A stretch of DNA of 64,000 nucleotides from Candidatus Rifleibacteriota bacterium (GCA_028689875.1 JAQVCG010000002.1:3086-67085), one strand, 5' to 3'; shown: positions 20,394-30,745, counted from the stretch's first letter. The notes: a model not told the origin generated them from the sequence alone. Translations and numbers: made by a program.

Positions 20394-22649
20394 ATGGCAA
20401 CCGAAAAAACTCATAATTGGAAATTTTTTAAATCAGGAAATCTTGTTCAAGTTTGCTTAGAGTCGGGTAAAGATTTAATAAATCTTGAAAATTTAGACCC
20501 CAAACTTTGGTCAGCAATGATGTGTCCGCAGACTAATATGGAATTCGATGCGAAAACGCTGGAATATCTAGATACGGACGGCGATAAAAGAATTAAAATA
20601 CCTGAAATAATTGCCGCTGTAAAATGGGTTTGTTCGATATTAAAAGATGCTAATTCGCTTTTAAAACCGCAAGATAACCTTCCTTTAAGTGAAATTAACG
20701 ATTCGGTTGCTGAAGGAAAACAGTTGTTAGACTCGGCAAAACAAATTTTGAGAAATTTGGGAAAAGCTGAAGAAACATCTATTAGCTTGGCTGATTTGGC
20801 AGACACCAAAAAAATATTTGCTGCAACTGCTTTTAACGGAGATGGGGTAATTGCGTCTGAACCGGAGTTTGAAGCGGGTATCGCAAAATACATTTCTGAC
20901 GCTTTGTCATGTGTGGGCAGTGTGGAAGACAGAAGCGGCAAGCCCGGAATTAACTTTGATTTGTTAGATAAATTTTTGGCAGAATGCAAGGGTTATAGCG
21001 AATGGCATCAGGGTTCAAAGTCCGGCGAAATAATGTTTGCCGGCGATGCGTCAGCGGCTATTTATGGCTTGTATGCCGAGCTAAAAGTAAAAATTGAAGA
21101 CTATTTCACAAGATGCAAATTGGTGTCTTTTGATAAAAGATACGAGCAGGCGGGGCAGACTCTTGAGGCCGAATATGCGGTACTTTTGAAAAAGAGTTTG
21201 TCGGGCAGTGCGGCTGAGTTAAAAGATATGCCTTTGGCTTTGGCAACAGAAAAGGCTGTTTTGCCTATGTATGAGCACGCTAACCCGGCTTGGTCGGATG
21301 CTCTTGTTAAATTTGCAGAAAAGGTTTCGGCTCCGATAGTTGGAGAAGGCAAAACGTTAAGTGAAGGGCAGTGGAACACTATTAAAGCTAAGATAGCGCC
21401 TTATGAAGGTTGGATAACGGCTAAAAAAGGTGAAAGCGTAGAAAAGCTGGGGATTGCAAGGGTTGAAGAGATTTTGAATTGCGGTCTGGATAAAGAAGTG
21501 AAATCGCTGATTGACCGCGATAAAGCACTGGAACCTCAGTTTAAGGTTATTTCTACCGTAGATAAGCTTGTCAGATATTACAAATATATTTATCTGCTTT
21601 TGAATAACTTTGCCAGTTTCTCTGATTTTTATAATCCCGAAAAAAAGGCTATCTTTCAGGCCGGAACACTTTATATGGACGGCAGAAGCTGCGAATTATG
21701 CGTAAAAGTAGATGATATTGGTGCGCACAGTGGTTTGGCAGCATCTTCAAATATCTTTTTGGCATATTGCAAATGCATTAAAAAAGGCACAAATGAAAGC
21801 ATAAATATTGTAGCGGGCTTTACTGACGGCGAATCAGATGACCTTATTGTCGGGCGTAACGGCGTTTTTGTAGACCGCAACGGCACATACTGGGATGCAG
21901 TAATCAACAAGGTTGTTGATCATCCGATTAGTATAAGACAAGCATTCTGGGCCCCTTACAGACGCATGGGTAAAATGATTAACGAGCAGATCGAAAAATT
22001 TGCATCGTCTAAGGACAAAGATGTTACTGCTTCTTTTTCGGCATCTGTAGACAGCGCTTCTAAAGCTGCTCAAACACCGGCAACAGGGGCAGCGGGACAG
22101 CCGGTAAGCGCATTCGACGTTGGCAAATTTGCGGGTATTTTTGCAGCTATCGGTTTGGCTTTGGCAGCTTTGGGTTCAGCGGTGGCCTCAATTTTATCGG
22201 CGTTTTTAAGTTTGCTTTGGTGGCAAATGCCTCTGGCTATTTTAGGTGTTTTGCTAATTATTTCGGGCCCATCAATGCTTTTAACTGCTATGCGTCTCAG
22301 AAAAAGAAGTCTTGGCGGTATTTTGAATGCAAACGGTTGGGCAATTAACACTAAAGCCGGCATAAGCATTAAGATGGGTAAAGGCATGACAAGTGTTGCA
22401 ACTCTACCTGAAAACAGTATTACAACCTATACGCATCCTTATGGTGAAAGCAAAAAAATCTGGAAAACGTTTTTGGTAATTATCATTATTGCGATTGCCT
22501 GGATGTTTTTTGCATGCAAAAACAACTCTTGCCCACTCGCTTCGTGTATAAAGTCAGCTATTTGCGGTGAAACAACATGTGGTGAAACAACAAAAGCTGA
22601 AACAACAACCACGGAAACTACAGCTGGGGAAACAGCAAGTAACAAATAA
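20394..22649 (+). CDS. conserved hypothetical membrane protein with EF-hand-like motif
   Basis: RBS GGTGAGG; DTDGDKRIKIPE loop; three hydrophobic segments near the C-terminus. Confidence 0.8.
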   Translation: MATEKTHNWKFFKSGNLVQVCLESGKDLINLENLDPKLWSAMMCPQTNMEFDAKTLEYLDTDGDKRIKIPEIIAAVKWVCSILKDANSLLKPQDNLPLSEINDSVAEGKQLLDSAKQILRNLGKAEETSISLADLADTKKIFAATAFNGDGVIASEPEFEAGIAKYISDALSCVGSVEDRSGKPGINFDLLDKFLAECKGYSEWHQGSKSGEIMFAGDASAAIYGLYAELKVKIEDYFTRCKLVSFDKRYEQAGQTLEAEYAVLLKKSLSGSAAELKDMPLALATEKAVLPMYEHANPAWSDALVKFAEKVSAPIVGEGKTLSEGQWNTIKAKIAPYEGWITAKKGESVEKLGIARVEEILNCGLDKEVKSLIDRDKALEPQFKVISTVDKLVRYYKYIYLLLNNFASFSDFYNPEKKAIFQAGTLYMDGRSCELCVKVDDIGAHSGLAASSNIFLAYCKCIKKGTNESINIVAGFTDGESDDLIVGRNGVFVDRNGTYWDAVINKVVDHPISIRQAFWAPYRRMGKMINEQIEKFASSKDKDVTASFSASVDSASKAAQTPATGAAGQPVSAFDVGKFAGIFAAIGLALAALGSAVASILSAFLSLLWWQMPLAILGVLLIISGPSMLLTAMRLRKRSLGGILNANGWAINTKAGISIKMGKGMTSVATLPENSITTYTHPYGESKKIWKTFLVIIIIAIAWMFFACKNNSCPLASCIKSAICGETTCGETTKAETTTTETTAGETASNK
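22563..22637 (+). repeat. five degenerate 15-bp tandem units encoding xxETT pentapeptides
   Basis: TGCGGTGAAACAACA TGTGGTGAAACAACA AAAGCTGAAACAACA ACCACGGAAACTACA GCTGGGGAAACAGCA. Confidence 0.8.
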
Positions 22650-22678
22650 AAGGATATAAAATAAACGGAAACATCAAG

Positions 22679-24925
22679 ATGAAAAACTTCGGTAAAATTA
22701 TTATTGCTGTTATATTTTTGATGTTTTCATTTTTTATTTTTAGCTCCTCAGAACTGCTTGCTGCGGAGCAGGCTTTAAAGGCAAGTGATACAATCGAATT
22801 AACATTCTGGAACTTCTGGGATCCTAAGTTTATTTTGCCTGTAATAGAGCGGTTTGAAAAAGAAAATCCCGGAATAAAAATAATTAACGAACAAGTCTCT
22901 TGGAGTAATGGCTTAGATAAAATTATTATTTCTATGGCTAATAATATGGCTCCTGATATTTGTGAGATGGGCTCCACCTGGATGGGTAAATTCATGTCAG
23001 AGGGAGCTTTATTAGATATTACTGATAAAGTTTCTGATTTAAGAGATAAATACCTGATGTGGGCACCTGCCGAAATGAATGGGCGATATTACGGAATGCC
23101 TTGGCTGGCAGGCACTCGCGTTATGTTTTATAATCGCGAACTTTTTGCTCAAGTAGGCCTAGACCCTGACAAGCCGCCTTTAACTTGGCAAGAATTTATT
23201 GATGCCGCACGTTTAATTCATAATCCCCAAAAGGGCATTTATGGCTTTGGTATGAATGCAGGCGAAGGGCACATTCTATATAAAAAGTTTATGCCTTTTG
23301 TTTGGGGCAACGGCGGAAAAATATTAGACGAAAACGATAATTTTCTTTTTGACAGTAAAGAAACCAGAGAAGCATTAGATTTTTATTTAAAGTTAAAAGA
23401 ATATAGCTATTGCGAAAAACAAGATCTGCTTGATGAAGCTTTTAAGAGAGGTAAATTGGGGCTTGCTATTTCGGGCTCATGGAACTTTGCGCGCTACCCG
23501 AAAGATGCGCCCAAACTTGATTTTGGTGTGTCTTTAATGCCAAAGCCTGCAAAAGACAAAGGTTTTTCAACGTCATTTTTGGGCGGCGAAATTTTGGTTC
23601 TCTTTAAAAGCTGTAAACATCCTGATATTGCCGCAAAATTTGTTCGCTATATTGTTGAAATGGAAAACACGATGCCCATAACCAAAGAGGCCTGGGTTAG
23701 TTTTCCGGCGCATCTTGACGCTTATAAAGACACTGTTTTTACACAAGATAAAAGATTGTCTGTGTTTACAGAGCAGATGAAAACAGCTATTCATCCTCCG
23801 GTTCACCGTTTATGGATAGAATTAGAAAAAATAATCAATACGGCTGTCGAAAAAGCAATGTACAACGAGCCTATAGAAAGCGTTTTTAAAGAGGCTAATG
23901 AAGAATTTGAGAAAGTATCAGGCAAAAAAGATGAATCTAAGCAGTCGTCTTCATTTTTGATTGTTGTTCTTTCTGCGCTTGGAGTAGGAATAATTATTAA
24001 TGCCATTTTGCTTGCGTTTATTTTATATGAGGTCAGGAAAAACAAGTCAGGTCCTGTTGGCCCCCTGGAACGGGCTCAACGTTATATTCTGTTTCTGACT
24101 CCATGGTTTATAACATTTTTTGTTTTTTGGCTTTACCCGCTTTTGTTCTCGGTTGTATTAAGCTTTTGCGAATATGATGTGTTTCATCCGGCTGTGTTTA
24201 GCTTTTCGGGCTTTGAAAATTACAGCGCCTTGCTTCAAGACGAAAGATTTATACAATCATTTTTTAATACTTTAATTTTTGTTGTCGGCACCACCCCGGT
24301 TACAACAGCTTTAGGGCTTGCACTTGCCCTGATGATCAATGCTTTAAAAAGTAAAAGTGATATTTTCAGGTCTGTATTTTTTTTGCCGTCGATCATATCA
24401 ATAGTAGTTACGGCTACCATATTTAAGTCTTTTTATTCGCCGGTTGGCTTATTGAACAGATTCTTAGCTCTTTTTGGAATACAAGGCTACGGCTGGCTTG
24501 TAGAGAAGAGTTTTGCCCTTCCTGCAATTATGACAATGGACGTTTGGGCTTATGCCGGTTATTACATGGTTTTGTATCTGGCGGCGCTTACGGCTGTGCC
24601 AAAGAGTCTTTATGAGGCGGCAGAAGTTGACGGGGCAAATGAATGGGAACAATTCAGATATATTACGCTTCCGCAAATAAAGTATATGACAGTATTTGTA
24701 ATGACCATAAATACAATCAGGAGCTGGCAGGTTTTTCCCGAAGTATTTACTCTGACTTCGGGTGGCCCGGTTGGAAGCACAAACACTCTGGTTCATTATC
24801 TTTACGAGCTGGCATTCAGATACCATAAAATGGGTTATGCCTCGGCTATTTCGTTAGTTTTGCTGGTATTAGTTTTTGTTTTTTCATTGATTCAAATGAA
24901 AATATTGTCAGGGAAAAAGCGGTAA
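22679..24925 (+). CDS. carbohydrate ABC transporter: substrate-binding protein fused to permease
   Basis: N-terminal SBP_bac_1-like domain (LTFWNFW, APDI, YYGMPW, FYNRELF) followed by a CUT1 permease with EAA motif LYEAAEVDGANEW. Confidence 0.9.
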   Translation: MKNFGKIIIAVIFLMFSFFIFSSSELLAAEQALKASDTIELTFWNFWDPKFILPVIERFEKENPGIKIINEQVSWSNGLDKIIISMANNMAPDICEMGSTWMGKFMSEGALLDITDKVSDLRDKYLMWAPAEMNGRYYGMPWLAGTRVMFYNRELFAQVGLDPDKPPLTWQEFIDAARLIHNPQKGIYGFGMNAGEGHILYKKFMPFVWGNGGKILDENDNFLFDSKETREALDFYLKLKEYSYCEKQDLLDEAFKRGKLGLAISGSWNFARYPKDAPKLDFGVSLMPKPAKDKGFSTSFLGGEILVLFKSCKHPDIAAKFVRYIVEMENTMPITKEAWVSFPAHLDAYKDTVFTQDKRLSVFTEQMKTAIHPPVHRLWIELEKIINTAVEKAMYNEPIESVFKEANEEFEKVSGKKDESKQSSSFLIVVLSALGVGIIINAILLAFILYEVRKNKSGPVGPLERAQRYILFLTPWFITFFVFWLYPLLFSVVLSFCEYDVFHPAVFSFSGFENYSALLQDERFIQSFFNTLIFVVGTTPVTTALGLALALMINALKSKSDIFRSVFFLPSIISIVVTATIFKSFYSPVGLLNRFLALFGIQGYGWLVEKSFALPAIMTMDVWAYAGYYMVLYLAALTAVPKSLYEAAEVDGANEWEQFRYITLPQIKYMTVFVMTINTIRSWQVFPEVFTLTSGGPVGSTNTLVHYLYELAFRYHKMGYASAISLVLLVLVFVFSLIQMKILSGKKR

Positions 24926-24929
24926 TTAA

Positions 24930-25745
24930 ATGAAAAAAAATAGCATAAAACAAACCGGTTTATTATTGGCTTTAAGTGTTTTGGCCGTCGGTTATATTGT
25001 TCCTTGGCTTTACATGGTATTTAGATCGTTTTTGCGACACGAGCCTGGAATGGGCGACGGAGCAGGTTTATTTACCCTGGATTCTTATCGCGTAATTTTA
25101 GGCAGTGCCGGGTTTTTAAGTTATATTTCTAACAGCATTATAGTGCTTGTTTGCGTTGTAAGCGCCAATGTCATTTTTTCTCTTATGGTTGGCTATGCCT
25201 TTGCGCGATATAAGTTTCCTTTTAAAAAGACTTTATTTGCGCTTGTTCTATGCACTCTTATGGTTCCGAAGCAAACTCTTATGGTGCCTTTGCTGGATTT
25301 AATTGTAAAAATCGGTTTGCATGATTCTTTGTGGGCGATAATACTTCCATTTTGCGTAGACGGCTTTAATGTTTTCTTAATGAAGCAGTATATCAGCGCT
25401 TTGCCGCGCGAGCTTGAAGATGCTGCTCGTGCAGACGGTGCCAGTGAAATAAGTGTTTTGCGGCATGTCGTTGTTCCGCTTAGTAAGCCTGCTTTTGCGG
25501 TGGTGGTTATCAATACGGCAATATTGAATTGGAACTCGTTTTTGTTTCCTCTTATTTTTATCGATACTTCTGCAAAAAGAACATTGCCTGTCGCTTTGTC
25601 TATGCTCTCGCAAGGACCTTATGCAACAGACTGGGGCGTTTTGATGGCCGGTGCTTCTGTTAGTTCTTTGCCTATGATACTAATATTTTGGTTTTTCCAA
25701 AAAGAAATCATCGCGGGCATTACCGGCGGCGCCTTAAAAGAGTAA
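24930..25745 (+). CDS. carbohydrate ABC transporter permease (MalG-like)
   Basis: GYAFARYKF, EAA motif ELEDAARADGA, WNSFLFPLI. Confidence 0.92.
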   Translation: MKKNSIKQTGLLLALSVLAVGYIVPWLYMVFRSFLRHEPGMGDGAGLFTLDSYRVILGSAGFLSYISNSIIVLVCVVSANVIFSLMVGYAFARYKFPFKKTLFALVLCTLMVPKQTLMVPLLDLIVKIGLHDSLWAIILPFCVDGFNVFLMKQYISALPRELEDAARADGASEISVLRHVVVPLSKPAFAVVVINTAILNWNSFLFPLIFIDTSAKRTLPVALSMLSQGPYATDWGVLMAGASVSSLPMILIFWFFQKEIIAGITGGALKE

Positions 25746-25751
25746 AAACTT

Positions 25752-27428
25752 TTAATTGCTTTTGCTTAATAGGGTTTGTGCAAATGAAAGACCATCTGAA
25801 TCGGTTTGTCCGAGCATGCGGGCAATTTCTTCAACTCTTTCTTGCCCTTCGACCTGCGCGATATTTATGCGCGTTTGGTTCTCTTTTATACTTTTGCTAA
25901 CCATAAAGTGACAAGTGCCTTCTTTGGCAATTTGGTGGAGGTGTGTGACCAGTAAGACTTGCTTTTCTTTGCCCAGTTTGTTAAGACTCTCAGCTACAGC
26001 CTCAGCTGTTTTGCCGCCAATACCGGTGTCTATTTCATCAAAGATCAGTGTTGGAAGGGCGTCGCATGTAGCCAGTACTTTTTTTATGGCTAGTGCAACC
26101 CTTGATAGTTCGCCTCCCGAGGCTATTTTTCTTAACGGACCGCCTGGTGCCCCGGGGTTTAGGGAAACATAGAATTCGATGTTTTCTGCGCCGTCAGAGG
26201 TTGGTTCTGTTTTTTCTGCTTTTGCTTCGAATACCGAAGAGTTAAAGCCCAGTAAAGCCATTTCTGCCGAAACTTTTTCGTTTAAACTTTTTGCAAGCAT
26301 TTCGCGTTCGGCCGTAATTTCTGAAAGTAAAGATTTATACTGTTTATCAATTTCAGCGAGAGCTATTCTTAATTTATCTTTTGTTTGGTCGGGCTGCATC
26401 AGTTCTTCAAGCTCTGTATTAACTTTTTGTTTAAGCTCAAACAGACCTTTAAAGTCGCAGCCAAGCTTTCTGCATACTCTCGAAATATCGGTGAGCCTTG
26501 CTTGAACTTCATAAAGGCGGTCGGGGTTCAAATCTGTTTCGTCTGCTTTGTATTCTAAGTCAGTTTGCAAAGCTTTAAGCTCGTAATAAAGACTTCCTGT
26601 TCTTTCGCTCAGCTCAGTTAATGAATTGTCAAAATCAGAAATCTTTCTTAAACTTTCAAATGCTTTGTAAAGTTTGGTAACAGCTCCGCTTTCTTCTTCA
26701 TTGTCAGAAAAAATTGAGGTTGCTGCGCGCAGATTTGATAAAATTTGTTCCGAATGAGACAGTATTTTTGATTCTTCTTTTAATTCTTCTTCTTCGTTTT
26801 CGTTACTCAAATTCAGACTCATTACATCTTTAAGTATGCTTTCCAGTTCTTCTATTCTTTCAGCAGACCTTGAGGTTTTAGATTCTAATTCAGAGAGTTG
26901 TCTGATGATTTGCTGTCTCTTTTTATGTGTAGCCTTCAATTCAATCAAATTATTTTTGTGAGTCTCTGAGCCGGTTCTGTCAAGAAGATGCTTTTGCGTA
27001 TCAGGATCTAATAGGGTTTGGTGCTCGTTTTGGCCGTGTATTTCCATTAGATATGGGCCAAGTTCTTTCAAAACTGATGCAGTTGACATGATGCCGTTAA
27101 CAAAAACTCTTCCGCTACCTTCTTCTTTAAATGTTCGTGACACAGAGAGCAAGTCCGGCTCGTCTTCATTTAAAAGGCCGGTTTCTTCAAGTTTATTTTT
27201 AAGGGGTTTTAAACTCTTAATATCAAATTCGGCTTGGATTTTAGCTGTGGTTTCGCCAGGCATTACTATTCCCGTACGTGATTTTTTGCCTAAGATTAAT
27301 TTAACCGCTTCGAGCATAATACTTTTCCCGGCGCCGGTTTCACCGGTTATAACATTTAAGCCCGGTGAAAATGCCAGGCTGGCGTTTTTCATAAAAAGAA
27401 AATTTTCGAGCTGCAGCTCCTTAATCAT
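25752..27428 (-). CDS. recN: DNA repair protein RecN
   Basis: GLNVITGETGAGKS, EIHGQNEHQ, IASGGELSR, LIFDEIDTGIGG, VTHLHQIA, RVEEIARMLG. Confidence 0.96.
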   Translation of the reverse strand: MIKELQLENFLFMKNASLAFSPGLNVITGETGAGKSIMLEAVKLILGKKSRTGIVMPGETTAKIQAEFDIKSLKPLKNKLEETGLLNEDEPDLLSVSRTFKEEGSGRVFVNGIMSTASVLKELGPYLMEIHGQNEHQTLLDPDTQKHLLDRTGSETHKNNLIELKATHKKRQQIIRQLSELESKTSRSAERIEELESILKDVMSLNLSNENEEEELKEESKILSHSEQILSNLRAATSIFSDNEEESGAVTKLYKAFESLRKISDFDNSLTELSERTGSLYYELKALQTDLEYKADETDLNPDRLYEVQARLTDISRVCRKLGCDFKGLFELKQKVNTELEELMQPDQTKDKLRIALAEIDKQYKSLLSEITAEREMLAKSLNEKVSAEMALLGFNSSVFEAKAEKTEPTSDGAENIEFYVSLNPGAPGGPLRKIASGGELSRVALAIKKVLATCDALPTLIFDEIDTGIGGKTAEAVAESLNKLGKEKQVLLVTHLHQIAKEGTCHFMVSKSIKENQTRINIAQVEGQERVEEIARMLGQTDSDGLSFAQTLLSKSN

Positions 27429-27478
27429 TTGTGTTTTCCCTTATTGTTGTGCATATGTCGTTTCTTGATAATGAGCGA

Positions 27479-27507
27479 ATTTTATCCTAATTAAAAAAAC
27501 TGGTCAA
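27479..27507 (-). promoter_or_regulatory. sigma70-type promoter of recN
   Basis: TTGACC-N17-TAAAAT on the minus strand. Confidence 0.6.
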
Positions 27508-27528
27508 GCGCAAAGATATAAAAAAGTA

Positions 27529-27556
27529 TTGTATGTTGCCTGTTTTATTGTATAAT
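27529..27556 (+). promoter_or_regulatory. sigma70-type promoter, probably leaderless, for the TPR gene
   Basis: TTGTAT-N16-TATAAT ending 8 nt before ATG 27565; no SD. Confidence 0.5.
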
Positions 27557-27564
27557 TAGCAATT

Positions 27565-28398
27565 ATGGCTTTTTCAAACGACGACATAATTAAGAGAGCG
27601 AATTATTGCCTCAAAAAAGGTATAAACCCCGCTAGTGCAGAGGTTGCGCTTGGTATTGCGTATTTTGAAAAGAGCGATATAGAAAAAGCGCTAGAGCACT
27701 ATTTAAAGGCGCTTGAAATTAATGAGAGCTGTGCAGAGGCTCATGCGGGGCTTGGCATGAGTTATGCTCGATTAGGCAAAACCGATAAGGTAATAATCCA
27801 TCTTGAAACTGCTCTTAAGCTAAGTCCTGATTGCGGTTTGATAGCTAATTGGATAGCTGACGCTTATTATGATATAGGCGATTTAGATAAAGCGATATCA
27901 TATTATTCAGAAGCTTTAAAGCTGGATTCTGCTGATAATAACGCTCAAAATGATATGGCCGATGCATATCGTCTGAAAGGCGACCATAAAACGGCTCTTG
28001 AAATGTATGAGCGGGCCTTAGCAATTGATTCAGGTGATACAAACGCTTTATTAGAAAAAGCCCAGTGTCTGGTTCAGTTAAAAGAGCCTGAGAAAGCTTT
28101 AAAAACCCTTCACGAGCTTATTACAAATTTTCCTGAAAGTCGTGACAGTGCCGCGGCTATGGTTGTTTGCGCTGCGATTTTAGGGAAACTTGGCAGGCAG
28201 AACGATGCCTACGAATGGTTTACAAAATCATTAGAGTTTTTTCCCTATAACAGAATGGTTCTTTTTCAGGCCGCTATATGCGCATATAGGCTTAATAAGT
28301 TTAAAGATGGCAAAGAGTTTGTTGCGCGTATACTTCAGATGAATCCTTCTGACGAAAGAGCTAAGTCGCTTTTAAAAAAACTTAATTCAAAAAAATAG
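27565..28398 (+). CDS. tetratricopeptide repeat protein
   Basis: Repeated ~34-aa units (LGIAYF..KALEHY.KAL; AHAGLGMSY; IADAYYDIGD.DKAI.YY); no signal peptide. Confidence 0.9.
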   Translation: MAFSNDDIIKRANYCLKKGINPASAEVALGIAYFEKSDIEKALEHYLKALEINESCAEAHAGLGMSYARLGKTDKVIIHLETALKLSPDCGLIANWIADAYYDIGDLDKAISYYSEALKLDSADNNAQNDMADAYRLKGDHKTALEMYERALAIDSGDTNALLEKAQCLVQLKEPEKALKTLHELITNFPESRDSAAAMVVCAAILGKLGRQNDAYEWFTKSLEFFPYNRMVLFQAAICAYRLNKFKDGKEFVARILQMNPSDERAKSLLKKLNSKK

Positions 28399-28429
28399 GT
28401 ATGTGTAAAAAAAGAAAGAGATTTTGCAG

Positions 28430-30736
28430 ATGAGTTTAAATTTACAACGAAAAAATAGCGGGATGCTGTTACTTGTTGTTATTGGCGTGATAGGCGTCGT
28501 ATTCATTATCTTTATTTCGATGGTTGACAGAGTCCGGCAAGAAAGTGCCGTAACAAACCGAGTTGCCATAAACGAGCGCTTGTACCAGGTGTCTTCAGCT
28601 ATCGGGCGCTTGGCAATCAAGAAAATACAGAAAAAGTTTGAATTACGCGATTCGGGGTTCGGAAAAGAAATATTTGAATCTGCAGGCAAGACGGGCGAAA
28701 TTATGAAAGGCTCATTAACCTCAGAGTTAAAGGGCACTGTCGCGGGAATTGATATAATAGACGATCTTATAAAATCTTTTAAAGATGAGTGGGGCGATAA
28801 CGGAAAACTCGACTTTGATGTAGATTACAGTGTTGCTCTTATTAAAGACGGCTTTAACCCGCCATACACCGGGTTTACGGGCGATAAAAATAATCTTGAA
28901 ACTAAAGGGCACATAGATGTCACGGTTACTGCCAAGCATCAAAAAATTACGAAAAAATTCACAATCAGAAAAGAATTCTTTCTGGTTCGGCTGCTGCCGG
29001 GGCCATTTTATAGATTTACTCTCTTTGCCAAAGAGGGTTCAAATCTGGATGATAAATATGCAAATAACACTGAAGTTGACGGAACAGGCAAGGTGGTGTC
29101 GGGCAAAAATCCTCTTGTTTGTATAAACCGTATGTATACCACTTCTAAGGCGAAAACTGTCGATTATAGCGAGACTGCTTTTTCTGCAATCGGTGAGAAC
29201 AATTTTGTAAACAATGGCTGGATATATATGGGGCTGGGTGATAAGAAAGGGCAAGTAAACTCTGAAGGAGACAGAGGACTAATACTAAATATCCCCACAG
29301 GGCTTGGTGACGACGGGCTAAATACCAAATTCGGCGAATATTTTCACTTTTATTTTCATCCCAAATCAGAGGGTTGGGTGCTTTATGAACCTTTTACTAA
29401 TGTACTGCACTCTTTAGGATATGATTCAAAAAATGATATTTCATTTGTTTATGTAGATTATGGGGTCTTTAAGGGTATAGATAAAATCGAATTCCCCCCT
29501 GATGGCGGCACGCCGTATAACCTCTTTAAGAACTCATTCGAAGATTACGATAAAACTTTTAAGACTGCGAATTACGGCAGATCATGTTTTAAATCTTCTT
29601 CTGTCTGGTATGGCAGCTCTATGCGACTATTCGGGACAATCAAACACTGTACGCCGACTATCATTTTTGGACCTGTAAGAAGGCGTTATGTTAGAACTTT
29701 CGGGTTTATTTTTACATGGAAAGGCGTTAGCCGAGTTTATGCAATCGCTTTAAAGAGCACCGAAGCTTTTAAAAAAGACCTGTATGATAATAGTAGCGGC
29801 TCAATAGCGAGTGAAATAAAGAACTGGCTCTCGAATAAGTATGATTATGATTATGATGTCGGGGCATACGATGATTTTGGGCAAAAATTTAAGGCGCATA
29901 TTGAGAGTGACAGCTTTCCGAGATACCGTGATATAGTGCCGCAAGTATTAGATTACGAGCCGTATAACCAGGCTTTGCATAATTTGTGCGACCCGACCAG
30001 CACTGATAAACCTTGGCAAGATGTAGTGGGAAAAGTAGATGGGACCTATATGCCGACACCGGCTAAGCGCGATGAATTGATGCAGTCTGATTATAAATTT
30101 AACAACGACGTAAATTTGCATTATAATGGCGATATTCAGGGTATTGCTTTGACAGACAGTTACATGAAAGATCGCGTTACATATTTAATTCCTAAGGATG
30201 GGAAAGAGACTTCACTTAAAAACTGTAAGTTTTTCCAAGATACTTTTGTTGAGCAAGAGGGTGGAGAAAATCACCTCTTTTTAAATCAAATTGTAGAATT
30301 TGAAGGAAATCTTCTGATCGATCAAGACTTGGTTGTTCAAAAGGGCGGAATGATAATATGCGATGGCGATATTACTGTTAAAGGCAAAATAACAAATCCT
30401 TTCCTTGAAGGCGCAGGTGCAGGAAGTCCCGACAACTTTGGGTGGCTGAGTTTAATTTCGAGAAAGGGCAACATTAACTTTGTAGTTAAAAAGGAATCTG
30501 TTGTTCCGCAGGCTCATGGTTTTTTTGTGGCGAAAAAAGATGTGCTTGTTAATAATAGATTGCATATTATAGGCGGTGTTGTAACCGAGAAAATGGAAAG
30601 TTTGGTAGATAATAGCTGTGTGATACAATGGGGTTTTCATCCTGAAGAGATCGCCGGCGGCAAAGATTTGACGTGTCGTGACTTTTATGGTCTTGCAATT
30701 GGGCCGCGCGATATAGAAATAATTACAGAGGAATAG
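28430..30736 (+). CDS. large PilX/GspK-like pilin-associated protein with C-terminal beta-helix-like region
   Basis: Basic leader RKNSG followed by hydrophobic MLLLVVIGVIGVVFIIFI (no Glu5); C-terminal repetitive beta pattern (EGNLLID, GGMIICDGDITVKG, GNINF, IIGGVV). Confidence 0.65.
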   Translation: MSLNLQRKNSGMLLLVVIGVIGVVFIIFISMVDRVRQESAVTNRVAINERLYQVSSAIGRLAIKKIQKKFELRDSGFGKEIFESAGKTGEIMKGSLTSELKGTVAGIDIIDDLIKSFKDEWGDNGKLDFDVDYSVALIKDGFNPPYTGFTGDKNNLETKGHIDVTVTAKHQKITKKFTIRKEFFLVRLLPGPFYRFTLFAKEGSNLDDKYANNTEVDGTGKVVSGKNPLVCINRMYTTSKAKTVDYSETAFSAIGENNFVNNGWIYMGLGDKKGQVNSEGDRGLILNIPTGLGDDGLNTKFGEYFHFYFHPKSEGWVLYEPFTNVLHSLGYDSKNDISFVYVDYGVFKGIDKIEFPPDGGTPYNLFKNSFEDYDKTFKTANYGRSCFKSSSVWYGSSMRLFGTIKHCTPTIIFGPVRRRYVRTFGFIFTWKGVSRVYAIALKSTEAFKKDLYDNSSGSIASEIKNWLSNKYDYDYDVGAYDDFGQKFKAHIESDSFPRYRDIVPQVLDYEPYNQALHNLCDPTSTDKPWQDVVGKVDGTYMPTPAKRDELMQSDYKFNNDVNLHYNGDIQGIALTDSYMKDRVTYLIPKDGKETSLKNCKFFQDTFVEQEGGENHLFLNQIVEFEGNLLIDQDLVVQKGGMIICDGDITVKGKITNPFLEGAGAGSPDNFGWLSLISRKGNINFVVKKESVVPQAHGFFVAKKDVLVNNRLHIIGGVVTEKMESLVDNSCVIQWGFHPEEIAGGKDLTCRDFYGLAIGPRDIEIITEE

Positions 30737-30745
30737 AATATTTTT

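Noticed and set aside
22563..22637. CRISPR-like repeat
   Set aside because: In-frame 15-bp coding repeats without spacers, and no cas genes in the window
27429..27564. SOS/LexA box upstream of recN
   Set aside because: No CTGT-N8-ACAG or GAAC-N4-GTTC pattern was found; a lineage-specific box cannot be excluded
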